32,000 nt of DNA, taken from contig JAOUMJ010000012.1 of the NCBI GenBank assembly GCA_029881495.1, positions 36,904 to 68,903 on the forward strand. Reading direction: 5' to 3'. The position numbers and the translations under genes were made by a program. The notes under the pieces are model-generated. The model saw only the letters and a program-made list of their open reading frames with translations, was not told the origin of the DNA and did not search any database. The stretch is from Nitrospinota bacterium (lineage in GTDB: Bacteria > Nitrospinota_A > UBA7883 > JACRGQ01). This document shows, in pieces, positions 7,850 through 18,253 of the stretch; position 1 is the stretch's first letter; each line of letters opens with the position of its first letter.

Positions 7850-8200
7850 TTACGCTCGTTTTTCCATTCCCGCCGGCTGTTTGGTGACCTGCTGGGCTAT
7901 CAGCTTGCCGTCGCCGGAATCGATGAGATCGTGCCATACGTTCTTCGGAGCAAGGAAGGTGCTCCCTGCCTTTACCTTAAGGGTCTCTTCCTTGCCGTCA
8001 TCGAGCTTGAACGTTCCCGTTCCCGCAATGACGGTGAATATCTGATCTCCGGTCGGGTGCCTGTGATATCCAAGCGCCTGTCCGGCCTTGTAATAGTAGA
8101 CATCAAGTGTAAGCGCGTCGGTGGTGATAAGGTTCACCTTCGAGACCGCTCCGTCTGTAAATGCCTTTTTTTCGTTGATATCGTTTTGCTGAATTGCCAT
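7850..8200 (-). CDS. Small single-domain cupin protein
   Basis: GYHRHPTGDQIFTVIAGTGTFKLDDGKEETLKVKAGSTFLAPKNVWHD; good Shine-Dalgarno TTGGAGG upstream. Confidence 0.85.
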   Translation of the reverse strand: MAIQQNDINEKKAFTDGAVSKVNLITTDALTLDVYYYKAGQALGYHRHPTGDQIFTVIAGTGTFKLDDGKEETLKVKAGSTFLAPKNVWHDLIDSGDGKLIAQQVTKQPAGMEKRA

Positions 8201-8381
8201 TATTAAAAAGCCTCCAATAGAAAATTTGTGGTTAAACGATTTTACTCTTCTCCGGTTAATTCTTTTTCATGTTTCATTATACCGCCAAAAGGCCGGATAC
8301 AAAAACTTCTTGCCGTGCGAAACCCCTCCTCTTATAGCTGAATTTTTTCGATGCGCCGCCCGGTTGGAGTAAACTGTCTGG

Positions 8382-9446
8382 ATGTCAGAAAGTCGAGTAG
8401 CAATAAAGGCGCAAAACCTGAGGAAGGATTTCTCGGTAGACGAATCGGGCCAGGGATTCCTTGGCAGCGTCAAAGCCCTTTTCAACAGACGGAAGAAAAT
8501 AATACACGCGGTTGAAAACGTCACCTTCTCCATAAACCGGGGGGAGTTCGTCGGATACGTCGGCGAGAACGGCGCCGGAAAATCGACGACCATAAAAATG
8601 CTGACGGGGATACTCGTTCCGACATCAGGCTCGGCCCATGTGAACGGAATTATCCCGTACGAGAACAGGAGACAAAACGCCTTCCGCATCGGGGTGGTGT
8701 TCGGACAGCGCACACAGCTCTGGTGGGATCTCCCGGTCAGGGAATCGTTTGAAATGCTCAGGAACATCTACCGGGTTACGCCCGAAGATTTCAAGACAAC
8801 GATGAAAAGGCTAAACACCGCGCTCGACCTCGATCCGCTACTCCAGATGCCGGTAAGGAAACTGAGCCTCGGGCAGAGGATGAGATGCGACATTGCCGCC
8901 GCATTAATTCACAAACCGGAGATACTTTTTCTCGACGAGCCGACTATCGGCCTTGACGTGGTAGCGAAGGAGAACATACGCACCTTCCTCGCCGAAACGA
9001 ACAGGGAGAACGGCACAACCATAATCCTTACTACGCACGACATGAACGACATTGAAAAACTTTGCCGAAGGATCATCATCCTCGATCAGGGGAAAGTGAT
9101 CTACGACGGAGAGACGGACGCACTGAAAAAGAAGTTCGCGCATGAAAAGGTTCTTGAAGTCGATTTTCACGAAACGGAAAAGGATCTCTCCCGCATACCG
9201 GAACTCTCCATCATCAGGGAGGAAGGGAACAAGAAATGGCTCAAGTTTGAAAACGGGCCCGACCATATAGGCGAGATCATAGGCAAGCTGGCGCAACAGT
9301 ACAGACTGCGGGACATTTCGGTGCGCGAACCGTCCGTTGAAAGCATAATCAGGAACATTTACGAAAAGCGCGTGGCGCTTCCCGAACATGTCGAAACCGA
9401 GACGCAGGACGCGGGAACCGAACCTGTAAAGGGGGCGCGCTCTTGA
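8382..9446 (+). CDS. ABC transporter ATP-binding protein (ABC-2 family exporter)
   Basis: Walker A GENGAGKST, signature LSLGQRMRCDIAAAL, Walker B ILFLDEPTIGLD, H-loop LTTHD. Confidence 0.95.
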   Translation: MSESRVAIKAQNLRKDFSVDESGQGFLGSVKALFNRRKKIIHAVENVTFSINRGEFVGYVGENGAGKSTTIKMLTGILVPTSGSAHVNGIIPYENRRQNAFRIGVVFGQRTQLWWDLPVRESFEMLRNIYRVTPEDFKTTMKRLNTALDLDPLLQMPVRKLSLGQRMRCDIAAALIHKPEILFLDEPTIGLDVVAKENIRTFLAETNRENGTTIILTTHDMNDIEKLCRRIIILDQGKVIYDGETDALKKKFAHEKVLEVDFHETEKDLSRIPELSIIREEGNKKWLKFENGPDHIGEIIGKLAQQYRLRDISVREPSVESIIRNIYEKRVALPEHVETETQDAGTEPVKGARS

Positions 9447-10243
9447 ATCCGTCGCTCTTCCTGAAATTCGTTTCTGTCTCGTTCCAAAAGGAGATCACAT
9501 ACCGCTTTGACTACTTCATGGGGATACTGAACGGATTCCTCTATGTATTCATATTCACATCCGTATGGAAAGCCCTCTACAGCCAGTCGGACGCGACCGC
9601 GCACAACGGCTTTTCCCTCACCGGAATAATCACGTTCGCCGTGATGGCTATGGCGGTGAGGATATCGTTCACGCAGGACGATACGGTTATCTATAAAAAA
9701 GTACAGGACGGCTCCGTCGCCATCGACCTCATCCGTCCGGTATCCTTTTTCTTCATGCACCTCGCGGAGTCGTCGGGACACTCCCTGTTCCACCTCTGCG
9801 CGAGATCGGTACCTATCATTCTCATTTCATCGCTGATCTTCGACATCGAGATACCGGCTGAGGCCCTGCGTCTGCTGACCTTCCTCCTCTCCGCCATCCT
9901 CGGCTACCTCATTCTTTTCATGGTCAACTTCGCGTTCGGTCTCCTTGCCTTCTGGTTCGTGGAGATATTCCCGTTCCTCCTTTTCAAGTACGGAATGCTC
10001 ACCCTTTTCGGAGGGGGGATCGTCCCTATAGACTTTTTCCCCGAGCCGCTGAAGGTGGTAGCGGACTTTCTCCCTTTTCAGCAGGTGCTATACGTCCCGA
10101 CTACAATTCTTATAGGGCACGCGGAGGCAAGTGAACTCCTTCCGATGATCGCAACGCAGTTTGTATGGATATTCACCCTTGCCGCCGTTTGCCGGACGAT
10201 GTGGAGAGCGGGGCAAAACAAGCTGGTGATACAGGGTGGGTAG
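9443..10243 (+). CDS. ABC-2 type transporter permease subunit 1
   Basis: Multi-spanning membrane protein with start overlapping the end of the ATPase gene by 4 bp; YRFDYFMGILNGFLYVFIFTSVWKALY; resembles the DUF990-type permease family. Confidence 0.82.
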   Translation: MNPSLFLKFVSVSFQKEITYRFDYFMGILNGFLYVFIFTSVWKALYSQSDATAHNGFSLTGIITFAVMAMAVRISFTQDDTVIYKKVQDGSVAIDLIRPVSFFFMHLAESSGHSLFHLCARSVPIILISSLIFDIEIPAEALRLLTFLLSAILGYLILFMVNFAFGLLAFWFVEIFPFLLFKYGMLTLFGGGIVPIDFFPEPLKVVADFLPFQQVLYVPTTILIGHAEASELLPMIATQFVWIFTLAAVCRTMWRAGQNKLVIQGG

Positions 10244-11048
10244 CCCGATGGAAAATTTCCGCGTATACCTTTCCCTCGTAATGACATCAATTCGCGCGAG
10301 GATGGAATACAAGTCGAGTTTTATATTTTATCTCGTGGCGATAATATTCTATTACCTTGGTCAGGTAGGTCTCCTCCTTGTCCTGCTGGCAAAATTCCAG
10401 ACTATCCACGGATGGAGCCTCGGAGAAATGGCTTTCCTCTTCGGGCTTCTCACCTTCGCGCTCGGAATGTCAAACTTCTTTTTCAGCTCTCTTATAAACT
10501 TCGATCAGATGATAATAAACGGCGACTTCGACAGGTACCTTGTCCGCCCGTTGAGTCCGCTGGGCCAGGTGATGGCGTCGAAATTCGAGGCCTCTACCCT
10601 TTCGCACCTGCTCATTGGCATTGCCGCGCTTTACGCAGGTTCCACGATGGTGGACCTCGACTGGACCGCAAGGAAGGCCGCCTTCTTTCCACTGGTTGTG
10701 ATAGGCGGGGTGATGATATCCGGGGCGATACGCCTTTCGGTCACCGCCGTCGCCTTCTGGACCCTTCGCAACCAGTCACTGGTGCATACGATAGTTTTCT
10801 CATCCAGGGAGTTCGTTATCTACCCGGTATCGATCTACAACTTTGGAGTGCAGTTCTTCCTGACATTCGTATTCCCGCTGGCATTCATAAACTTCTACCC
10901 GGCCCACTATTTTCTCGACCGCGCCGGCGACGATCTGCTTCATCCCGCCCTGCAGATGGGAACGCCGCTTGTGGGGGTAATTCTCTTCTCGATCTCGCTT
11001 CTTATCTGGAAAACAGGGATAAACCACTACCAGTCATCGGGGAGTTGA
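10236..11048 (+). CDS. ABC-2 type transporter permease subunit 2
   Basis: Multi-spanning, overlaps the previous gene by 8 bp; RARMEYKSSFIFYLVAIIFYYLGQ, INFYPAHYFLDR. Confidence 0.82.
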   Translation: MGSPMENFRVYLSLVMTSIRARMEYKSSFIFYLVAIIFYYLGQVGLLLVLLAKFQTIHGWSLGEMAFLFGLLTFALGMSNFFFSSLINFDQMIINGDFDRYLVRPLSPLGQVMASKFEASTLSHLLIGIAALYAGSTMVDLDWTARKAAFFPLVVIGGVMISGAIRLSVTAVAFWTLRNQSLVHTIVFSSREFVIYPVSIYNFGVQFFLTFVFPLAFINFYPAHYFLDRAGDDLLHPALQMGTPLVGVILFSISLLIWKTGINHYQSSGS

Positions 11049-11143
11049 AGCGGCTCCTTGCAGCAGAGCTACTCCTTTCCTGGGCAAAATAAGTAAAACT
11101 AAAGTATTGAATCGTACTTTGCGAAAAGTTTATCCTAGCTCCC

Positions 11144-11590
11144 TTGAAGGAGAAACGACGGATTCACATCAGGAGGCATAAATCATTGAAGAAAAAAATA
11201 TATCCTAATTACAGCATGCTGGCCATCTTGGCGCTATGCGCGTCCATATCCTTGGCAGGTTGCGGCCTTGAGGACGACGATGATGATGACGATGACAACG
11301 GCGGCGGAAACACCATTGTGAACGTCACTGAATCGTGCGATCTCACCTCGACTCTATCCACTTGCACCGAGTACACAGGTACATATTGGAACTCTGTAAA
11401 TATCACCGCCTCCTGTACCGAAGGGACCGTCGGTATCACCTGCCCTACCTCTGGTTTCGTTGGGAAATGCCTGGTTGATAGCGGTACCAGCACCGAACAT
11501 ATAACTTTCTATTTTCCCGAATACACCGCCGCCGTGGCGGAAACCATCTGCACAGGCACGGAAGGCGGGACATTCACAGCCGCGCCATAA
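11144..11590 (+). CDS. Small cysteine-rich lipoprotein of unknown function
   Basis: Signal peptide with lipobox SLAGC, Asp-rich linker (EDDDDDDDDNGGGN), then a Cys-rich domain. Alternative TTG start near 11186. Confidence 0.65.
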   Translation: MKEKRRIHIRRHKSLKKKIYPNYSMLAILALCASISLAGCGLEDDDDDDDDNGGGNTIVNVTESCDLTSTLSTCTEYTGTYWNSVNITASCTEGTVGITCPTSGFVGKCLVDSGTSTEHITFYFPEYTAAVAETICTGTEGGTFTAAP

Positions 11591-11606
11591 AAGCTTTTCT
11601 AATCCG

Positions 11607-11638
11607 GGGGAGCGGTGAACTCCGCTCCCCTTTTTTTT
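11607..11638 (+). terminator. Rho-independent terminator of the lipoprotein gene
   Basis: GGGGAGCGG-TGAACT-CCGCTCCCC followed by TTTTTTTT. Confidence 0.92.
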
Positions 11639-11738
11639 ACCCTCCAAAGGCCTTGAATATCCATATCCTGGGCAGGATCAACCCCGGAACAGGGTGAAAA
11701 CTTGACGCGCATTCAGGGCGATTTTATTTATTAAAAAG

Positions 11739-11942
11739 GATGTCGAATTGCAGATTTCCGGCGACAGGCTTACAATAAAAGGGGAGAAGAAGATCGAAAA
11801 GGAGGATAAAAACGGCGATTATTACCGCATGGAAAGAGCCTGCGGATCCTTCTGCCGAGTGGTTCCGCTTCCGGAAACTGCTGAAACCGAAAAAGCGGAA
11901 GCTACTTTCGGCAAGGGTCTCCTGAAAGTCGCGATCCCGTGA
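11739..11942 (+). pseudogene. Truncated Hsp20/alpha-crystallin domain remnant
   Basis: DVELQISGDRLTIKGEKKIEKEDKNGDYYRMERACGSFCRVVPLPETAETEKAEATFGKGLLKVAIP* matches the C-terminal two-thirds of an alpha-crystallin domain. No N-terminal part is visible in any forward frame upstream. Confidence 0.75.
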
Positions 11943-12008
11943 TTGAAAGAGGCCGAGAGCAGATTAAAGCGAGGCGAGATAAGGAAGGAGTGACCGATAC
12001 TTGAAATT

Positions 12009-12094
12009 GGGAGAGAGCTTTTTCAGCCAGTATCCCGCCCCCCCATACCGGGATACATGCCTTCCCCGGGCCTGAAACCCTCTCTCCCTTTTTT
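12009..12094 (+). terminator. Nested stem structure ending in a T6 tract, upstream of tpiA
   Basis: Outer stem GGGAGAGAG (12009-12017)/CTCTCTCCC (12080-12088), second stem TTTCAG/CTGAAA, inner hairpin GTATCCCG/CGGGATAC, then TTTTTT (12089-12094). Confidence 0.55.
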
Positions 12095-12179
12095 CCGGCA
12101 GATGTACACTATTGAATAAATCAAAAAAATCCTCAAAAAGGAGCCGAACCTGTTGCGCGGAAAGGTGTATAATTCCCCG

Positions 12180-12932
12180 ATGAGAAAAAAACTGATAGCC
12201 GGAAACTGGAAAATGCATATGACGACCGTTGAAACGGGCGACCTCATAGAGGAGATCATTGAAAACATAAAGGATGTTGACGGGGTCGACGTTGTTGTCG
12301 CCCCCCCCTTCACGGCGCTTGAAGCGGCGAGGGAGACGATCGGCTCGGCCAATATCGGCCTCTCCGCCCAGAATATCTTCTGGGAAGAAAAAGGGGCGTT
12401 CACCGGAGAGATATCCGCCCCTATGCTTCTCGACACAGGGTGCGAATGGGTGATAATCGGCCATTCGGAGCGGAGGCAGTATTTCGGCGAAACCGACGAG
12501 ACCGTGAACAAGAAGATCAAGACCGCCATCTCGGCGGGGTTGAAACCTATCGTATGCGTAGGCGAGACGCTGGAAGAGCGGGAAAGCGATAAAACAGACA
12601 GTGTGATAGAGACCCAGCTTGCAGGCGGGCTTTCGGGAATACCGGAGGAGAGCCTCGGCGACATGGTAATTGCCTACGAGCCGGTTTGGGCAATCGGCAC
12701 AGGGAAGACAGCCTCGCCCGCCCAGGCGGAGGAGGTCCACTCCTTCATCAGGAAATGGATATCCGACCATTACTCGGCCGCAACAGCCGATAAAATGAGG
12801 ATACTTTACGGCGGATCGGTAAAACCGGACAATGCGGCGGAGCTGATGTCCCAGCCGGACATAGACGGGGCACTGGTAGGAGGAGCAAGCTTGAAAGCTG
12901 GCGATTTCAGTGCTATCATTCGCGCTTCGTAA
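12180..12932 (+). CDS. tpiA: Triosephosphate isomerase
   Basis: MRKKLIAGNWKMHMTTVETG, WVIIGHSERRQYFGE, VIAYEPVWAIGTGKTASPAQAEE, ILYGGSVKPDNA. Start placed at 12180 by family consensus. Confidence 0.97.
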   Translation: MRKKLIAGNWKMHMTTVETGDLIEEIIENIKDVDGVDVVVAPPFTALEAARETIGSANIGLSAQNIFWEEKGAFTGEISAPMLLDTGCEWVIIGHSERRQYFGETDETVNKKIKTAISAGLKPIVCVGETLEERESDKTDSVIETQLAGGLSGIPEESLGDMVIAYEPVWAIGTGKTASPAQAEEVHSFIRKWISDHYSAATADKMRILYGGSVKPDNAAELMSQPDIDGALVGGASLKAGDFSAIIRAS

Positions 12933-12965
12933 TATTTCTACACTTTAATGAGGATATGATTTGAT

Positions 12966-13346
12966 ATGACCACTGCATTGTTGGTAGTACATGTATTCGC
13001 GGCGCTGTTTATGATATTGATAGTCCTTCTCCAGTCCGGCAAGGGGGCCAGTATGGGTGCCGGTTTTGGCGGCTCTTCACAGACGGTTTTCGGAAGCCGC
13101 GGCCCCGCGAGTTTTCTCGCCAAAGTGACGACCTTCGCCGCTACAGTATTCATGATCACTTCGCTCACGCTATCCGTTTTAGCTTCGAGCTCCAAGAGCA
13201 CATCCGTTGTCGACCAGATTGAAAAACCTGTCGCGCCAATCGAGGAAGAAGGGGGTTTCGACCCATTTGAGGCCGGCAAAGAGGGAATTGACAAAAATCT
13301 GCCCGCCGGGGAATCGGACGAGAAGGGACAGGAAGGTCCTCAATAA
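12966..13346 (+). CDS. secG: Preprotein translocase subunit SecG
   Basis: LLVVHVFAALFMILIVLLQSGKGASMGAGFGGSSQTVFGSRGPASFLAKVTTFAATVFMITSL. Confidence 0.93.
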   Translation: MTTALLVVHVFAALFMILIVLLQSGKGASMGAGFGGSSQTVFGSRGPASFLAKVTTFAATVFMITSLTLSVLASSSKSTSVVDQIEKPVAPIEEEGGFDPFEAGKEGIDKNLPAGESDEKGQEGPQ

Positions 13347-13351
13347 CAGCC

Positions 13352-14989
13352 ATGCGGATCTTGGCCGTTGCGTTGGCGCTCTTTCTGACGTCGGCCTGTC
13401 AGCCTAAACCTGTTGGCAACGGGAAAAGCTCTTCCCAAAAACCTGCCGAGATATCTACTACACCCGAACATGGGGGAATGCTCGTTGAGGCAAGCATCGG
13501 CGACGCAAGCAACCTCATTGCGATGCTCGCGGGGGACGCGGCATCCCACTCCATTTCCGGCCTGGTAAACGCGGGCCTCGTACGCTACACCCCATCATGG
13601 GAGATAGAAGGGGAGCTTGCCGAATCATTCGAGATATCGAACGGCGGAAAGACTATCACTTTCCATCTCCGCAAGGGGGTTAAATGGCACGACGGCCATC
13701 CGTTCACATCTGCCGACGTCATGTTCGGCTATAAAACAATAATTAATGAGAACACACCTACCGCCTACTCCGAGGACTATCTCCAGGTATCAAAGGCTGA
13801 AGCGCCGGATGATCACACTTTCATAGTGCATTACGACAAGCCTTTCGCTCCGGCCCTCGGTTCATGGGGGAGCCTTACCGTTCTCCCCAAGCACCTTCTT
13901 GAAGGGAAGGATATTACGAAATCGGAATTGACCCGCAAGCCGATAGGCGTAGGCCCCTATAAATTCATCGAATGGAAAACGCAGGAGAAGATAGTCCTCG
14001 AAGCGAATCCCGAATATTTCGAAGGGGAGCCGTTCATAAAACGGTATGTCTTCCGCATCATCCCGGATACGGCAACGCAGTTCCTTGAGCTGAAATCAAA
14101 CGGCATAGACATGATGGGGCTCACCCCGATCCAGTACAAGAAACAGGCAAACACCAGCTTCTTCAATGAAAACTTCCAGAAGTACAGCTATCTTGCCAAC
14201 GGATATGTCTACATGGGGTACAACCTTAAAAGAAAACTTTTCCAGGATGTCCGCGTGCGAAGGGCTATCACCCACGCCATAGACAAGGACGAGATCATTG
14301 AAGGGGCGCTCCTTGGGCTCGGCAAACCTGCCGAAGGGCCGTACAAGCCCGGCATATGGGCCTACAACCCGAACGTGAAAAAACTTGGGTACGATCCCGA
14401 AAAGGCGAAGAGCATCCTGGCCGAAGCGGGGTGGAAAGATACTGACGGCGACGGGATCCTCGACAAGGACGGAAAAAAATTCGAATTCACCATAGTCACA
14501 AATCAGGGGAACGACCAGAGAAAAAAGACCGCTGAGATAATCCAGAGAAGGCTGAAGGAGGTCGGGATAGCGGTGAACATACGGATCATTGAGTGGGCAT
14601 CCTTCATAAAGGAGTTCATCAACAAAAGGGAGTTCGACGCCACTATCCTCGGATGGTCACTTTCGCCCGACCCTGACAATTACGACATCTGGCACTCGTC
14701 CAAAACAAAAGAGGCCGAGTTCAATTTCATATCGTACAAGAACGACGAGGTTGACGCGCTCCTCGAAAAGGGGCGGCGCTCATTCGACCAGGAAGAGAGA
14801 AAAAAGGCCTACTACCGGATACAGGAGATACTGGCGGAAGAACAGCCATACTGTTTCCTCTTTAACTCCGAATCGCTCCCCGTGGTAAGCGCGCGGGTGA
14901 AAGGGATCACCGCCTACCCGACAGGTATCGGATACCGCTGGCCGAACCTCTGGTGGATACCCAAATCACTGCAAAGGTATCAGCCGTAA
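13352..14989 (+). CDS. Peptide-binding lipoprotein, ABC transporter substrate-binding family 5
   Basis: Lipobox LTSACQ; LVRYTPSWEIEGELAESFEISNGGKTITFHLRKGVKWHDGHPFTSADVMF; RRAITHAIDKDEII. Confidence 0.92.
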   Translation: MRILAVALALFLTSACQPKPVGNGKSSSQKPAEISTTPEHGGMLVEASIGDASNLIAMLAGDAASHSISGLVNAGLVRYTPSWEIEGELAESFEISNGGKTITFHLRKGVKWHDGHPFTSADVMFGYKTIINENTPTAYSEDYLQVSKAEAPDDHTFIVHYDKPFAPALGSWGSLTVLPKHLLEGKDITKSELTRKPIGVGPYKFIEWKTQEKIVLEANPEYFEGEPFIKRYVFRIIPDTATQFLELKSNGIDMMGLTPIQYKKQANTSFFNENFQKYSYLANGYVYMGYNLKRKLFQDVRVRRAITHAIDKDEIIEGALLGLGKPAEGPYKPGIWAYNPNVKKLGYDPEKAKSILAEAGWKDTDGDGILDKDGKKFEFTIVTNQGNDQRKKTAEIIQRRLKEVGIAVNIRIIEWASFIKEFINKREFDATILGWSLSPDPDNYDIWHSSKTKEAEFNFISYKNDEVDALLEKGRRSFDQEERKKAYYRIQEILAEEQPYCFLFNSESLPVVSARVKGITAYPTGIGYRWPNLWWIPKSLQRYQP

Positions 14990-15026
14990 CGCATATGATG
15001 AACCGCTCCTCCATTGGAAATATCAT

Positions 15027-17346
<2,320 letters not shown>

Positions 17347-17348
17347 TC

Positions 17349-18179
17349 ATGGCACAGCAAAAAACAGTAAAAGTAGGCGAACTTTCCATAGCGAACAACC
17401 TCCCGTTCACCCTTATTGCGGGGCCGTGCGTGATAGAGGACGAAAAGGGGGCGCTCTCCGCCGCCGAAAAACTGAAAAAGATGACCGACGAGCTGAAGAT
17501 CGGGTTCATATACAAATCGTCATACGACAAGGGGAACCGCTCATCCATAGAATCGTTCAGAGGGCTCGGCATGAAGCGGGGCCTCACAATACTTCAAAAA
17601 GTAAAACAGAAATTCGGCATACCTGTCCTCTCCGACATACATAATGAAATGGAGATACCTCAGGCGGCGGAAGTTCTCGACATCATTCAGATACCCGCCT
17701 ACCTCTGCCGTCAGACCGACATCCTCATAGCCGCCGCAAAGACCGGCAGAGTGATAAACGTGAAAAAAGGGCAGTTCCTCGCGCCGGGGGATATGGGGAA
17801 CGTCGTCGACAAGGTTGTGAAGTCGGGCAACGACCGCGTGCTCATTACGGAACGCGGGACGACCTTCGGCTACAACAATCTTGTATCAGACTTCAGGGCT
17901 CTTCCGATAATGGCGGAGACAGGATACCCGGTGATATTCGACGCGACACACTCCGTGCAGTTGCCCGGCGGACAGGGCACAAGCTCCGGCGGCGAGAGAA
18001 GATTCGTAGCCCCGCTCGCGCGCGCCGCGCTTGCTGTCGGCGCGGCAGGAGTTTTCATGGAGGTTCACCCCGATCCCGACAACGCCCCGTGCGACGGCCC
18101 GAACATGCTCAAGCTCAAGGATATGCCAAGGCTCCTCGCCGACCTCCTCGCCATCGACACGATCGCTAAAAAGAAATAG
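17349..18179 (+). CDS. kdsA: 3-deoxy-8-phosphooctulonate synthase
   Basis: FTLIAGPCVIEDE, YKSSYDKGNRSS, PGDMGNVVDK, TERGTTFGYNNLVSDFRALPIM, FDATHSVQLPGGQGTSSGG. Confidence 0.97.
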   Translation: MAQQKTVKVGELSIANNLPFTLIAGPCVIEDEKGALSAAEKLKKMTDELKIGFIYKSSYDKGNRSSIESFRGLGMKRGLTILQKVKQKFGIPVLSDIHNEMEIPQAAEVLDIIQIPAYLCRQTDILIAAAKTGRVINVKKGQFLAPGDMGNVVDKVVKSGNDRVLITERGTTFGYNNLVSDFRALPIMAETGYPVIFDATHSVQLPGGQGTSSGGERRFVAPLARAALAVGAAGVFMEVHPDPDNAPCDGPNMLKLKDMPRLLADLLAIDTIAKKK

Positions 18180-18253
18180 CAGAAAAGTTTAACAAGACCG
18201 TCCATTCATTAACAACGGTTCTCTTTTTTGCATTGGTAGCACATAGGAAGCGA

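Noticed and set aside
8267-8767. 166-aa minus-strand ORF
   Set aside because: Mostly antisense to the ABC ATPase N-terminus; no domain.
18194-18230. ACCGT...ACGGT followed by TCTCTTTTTT after kdsA as a terminator
   Set aside because: Only a 5-bp stem with a long loop; possible, but not supported well enough to list as a feature.
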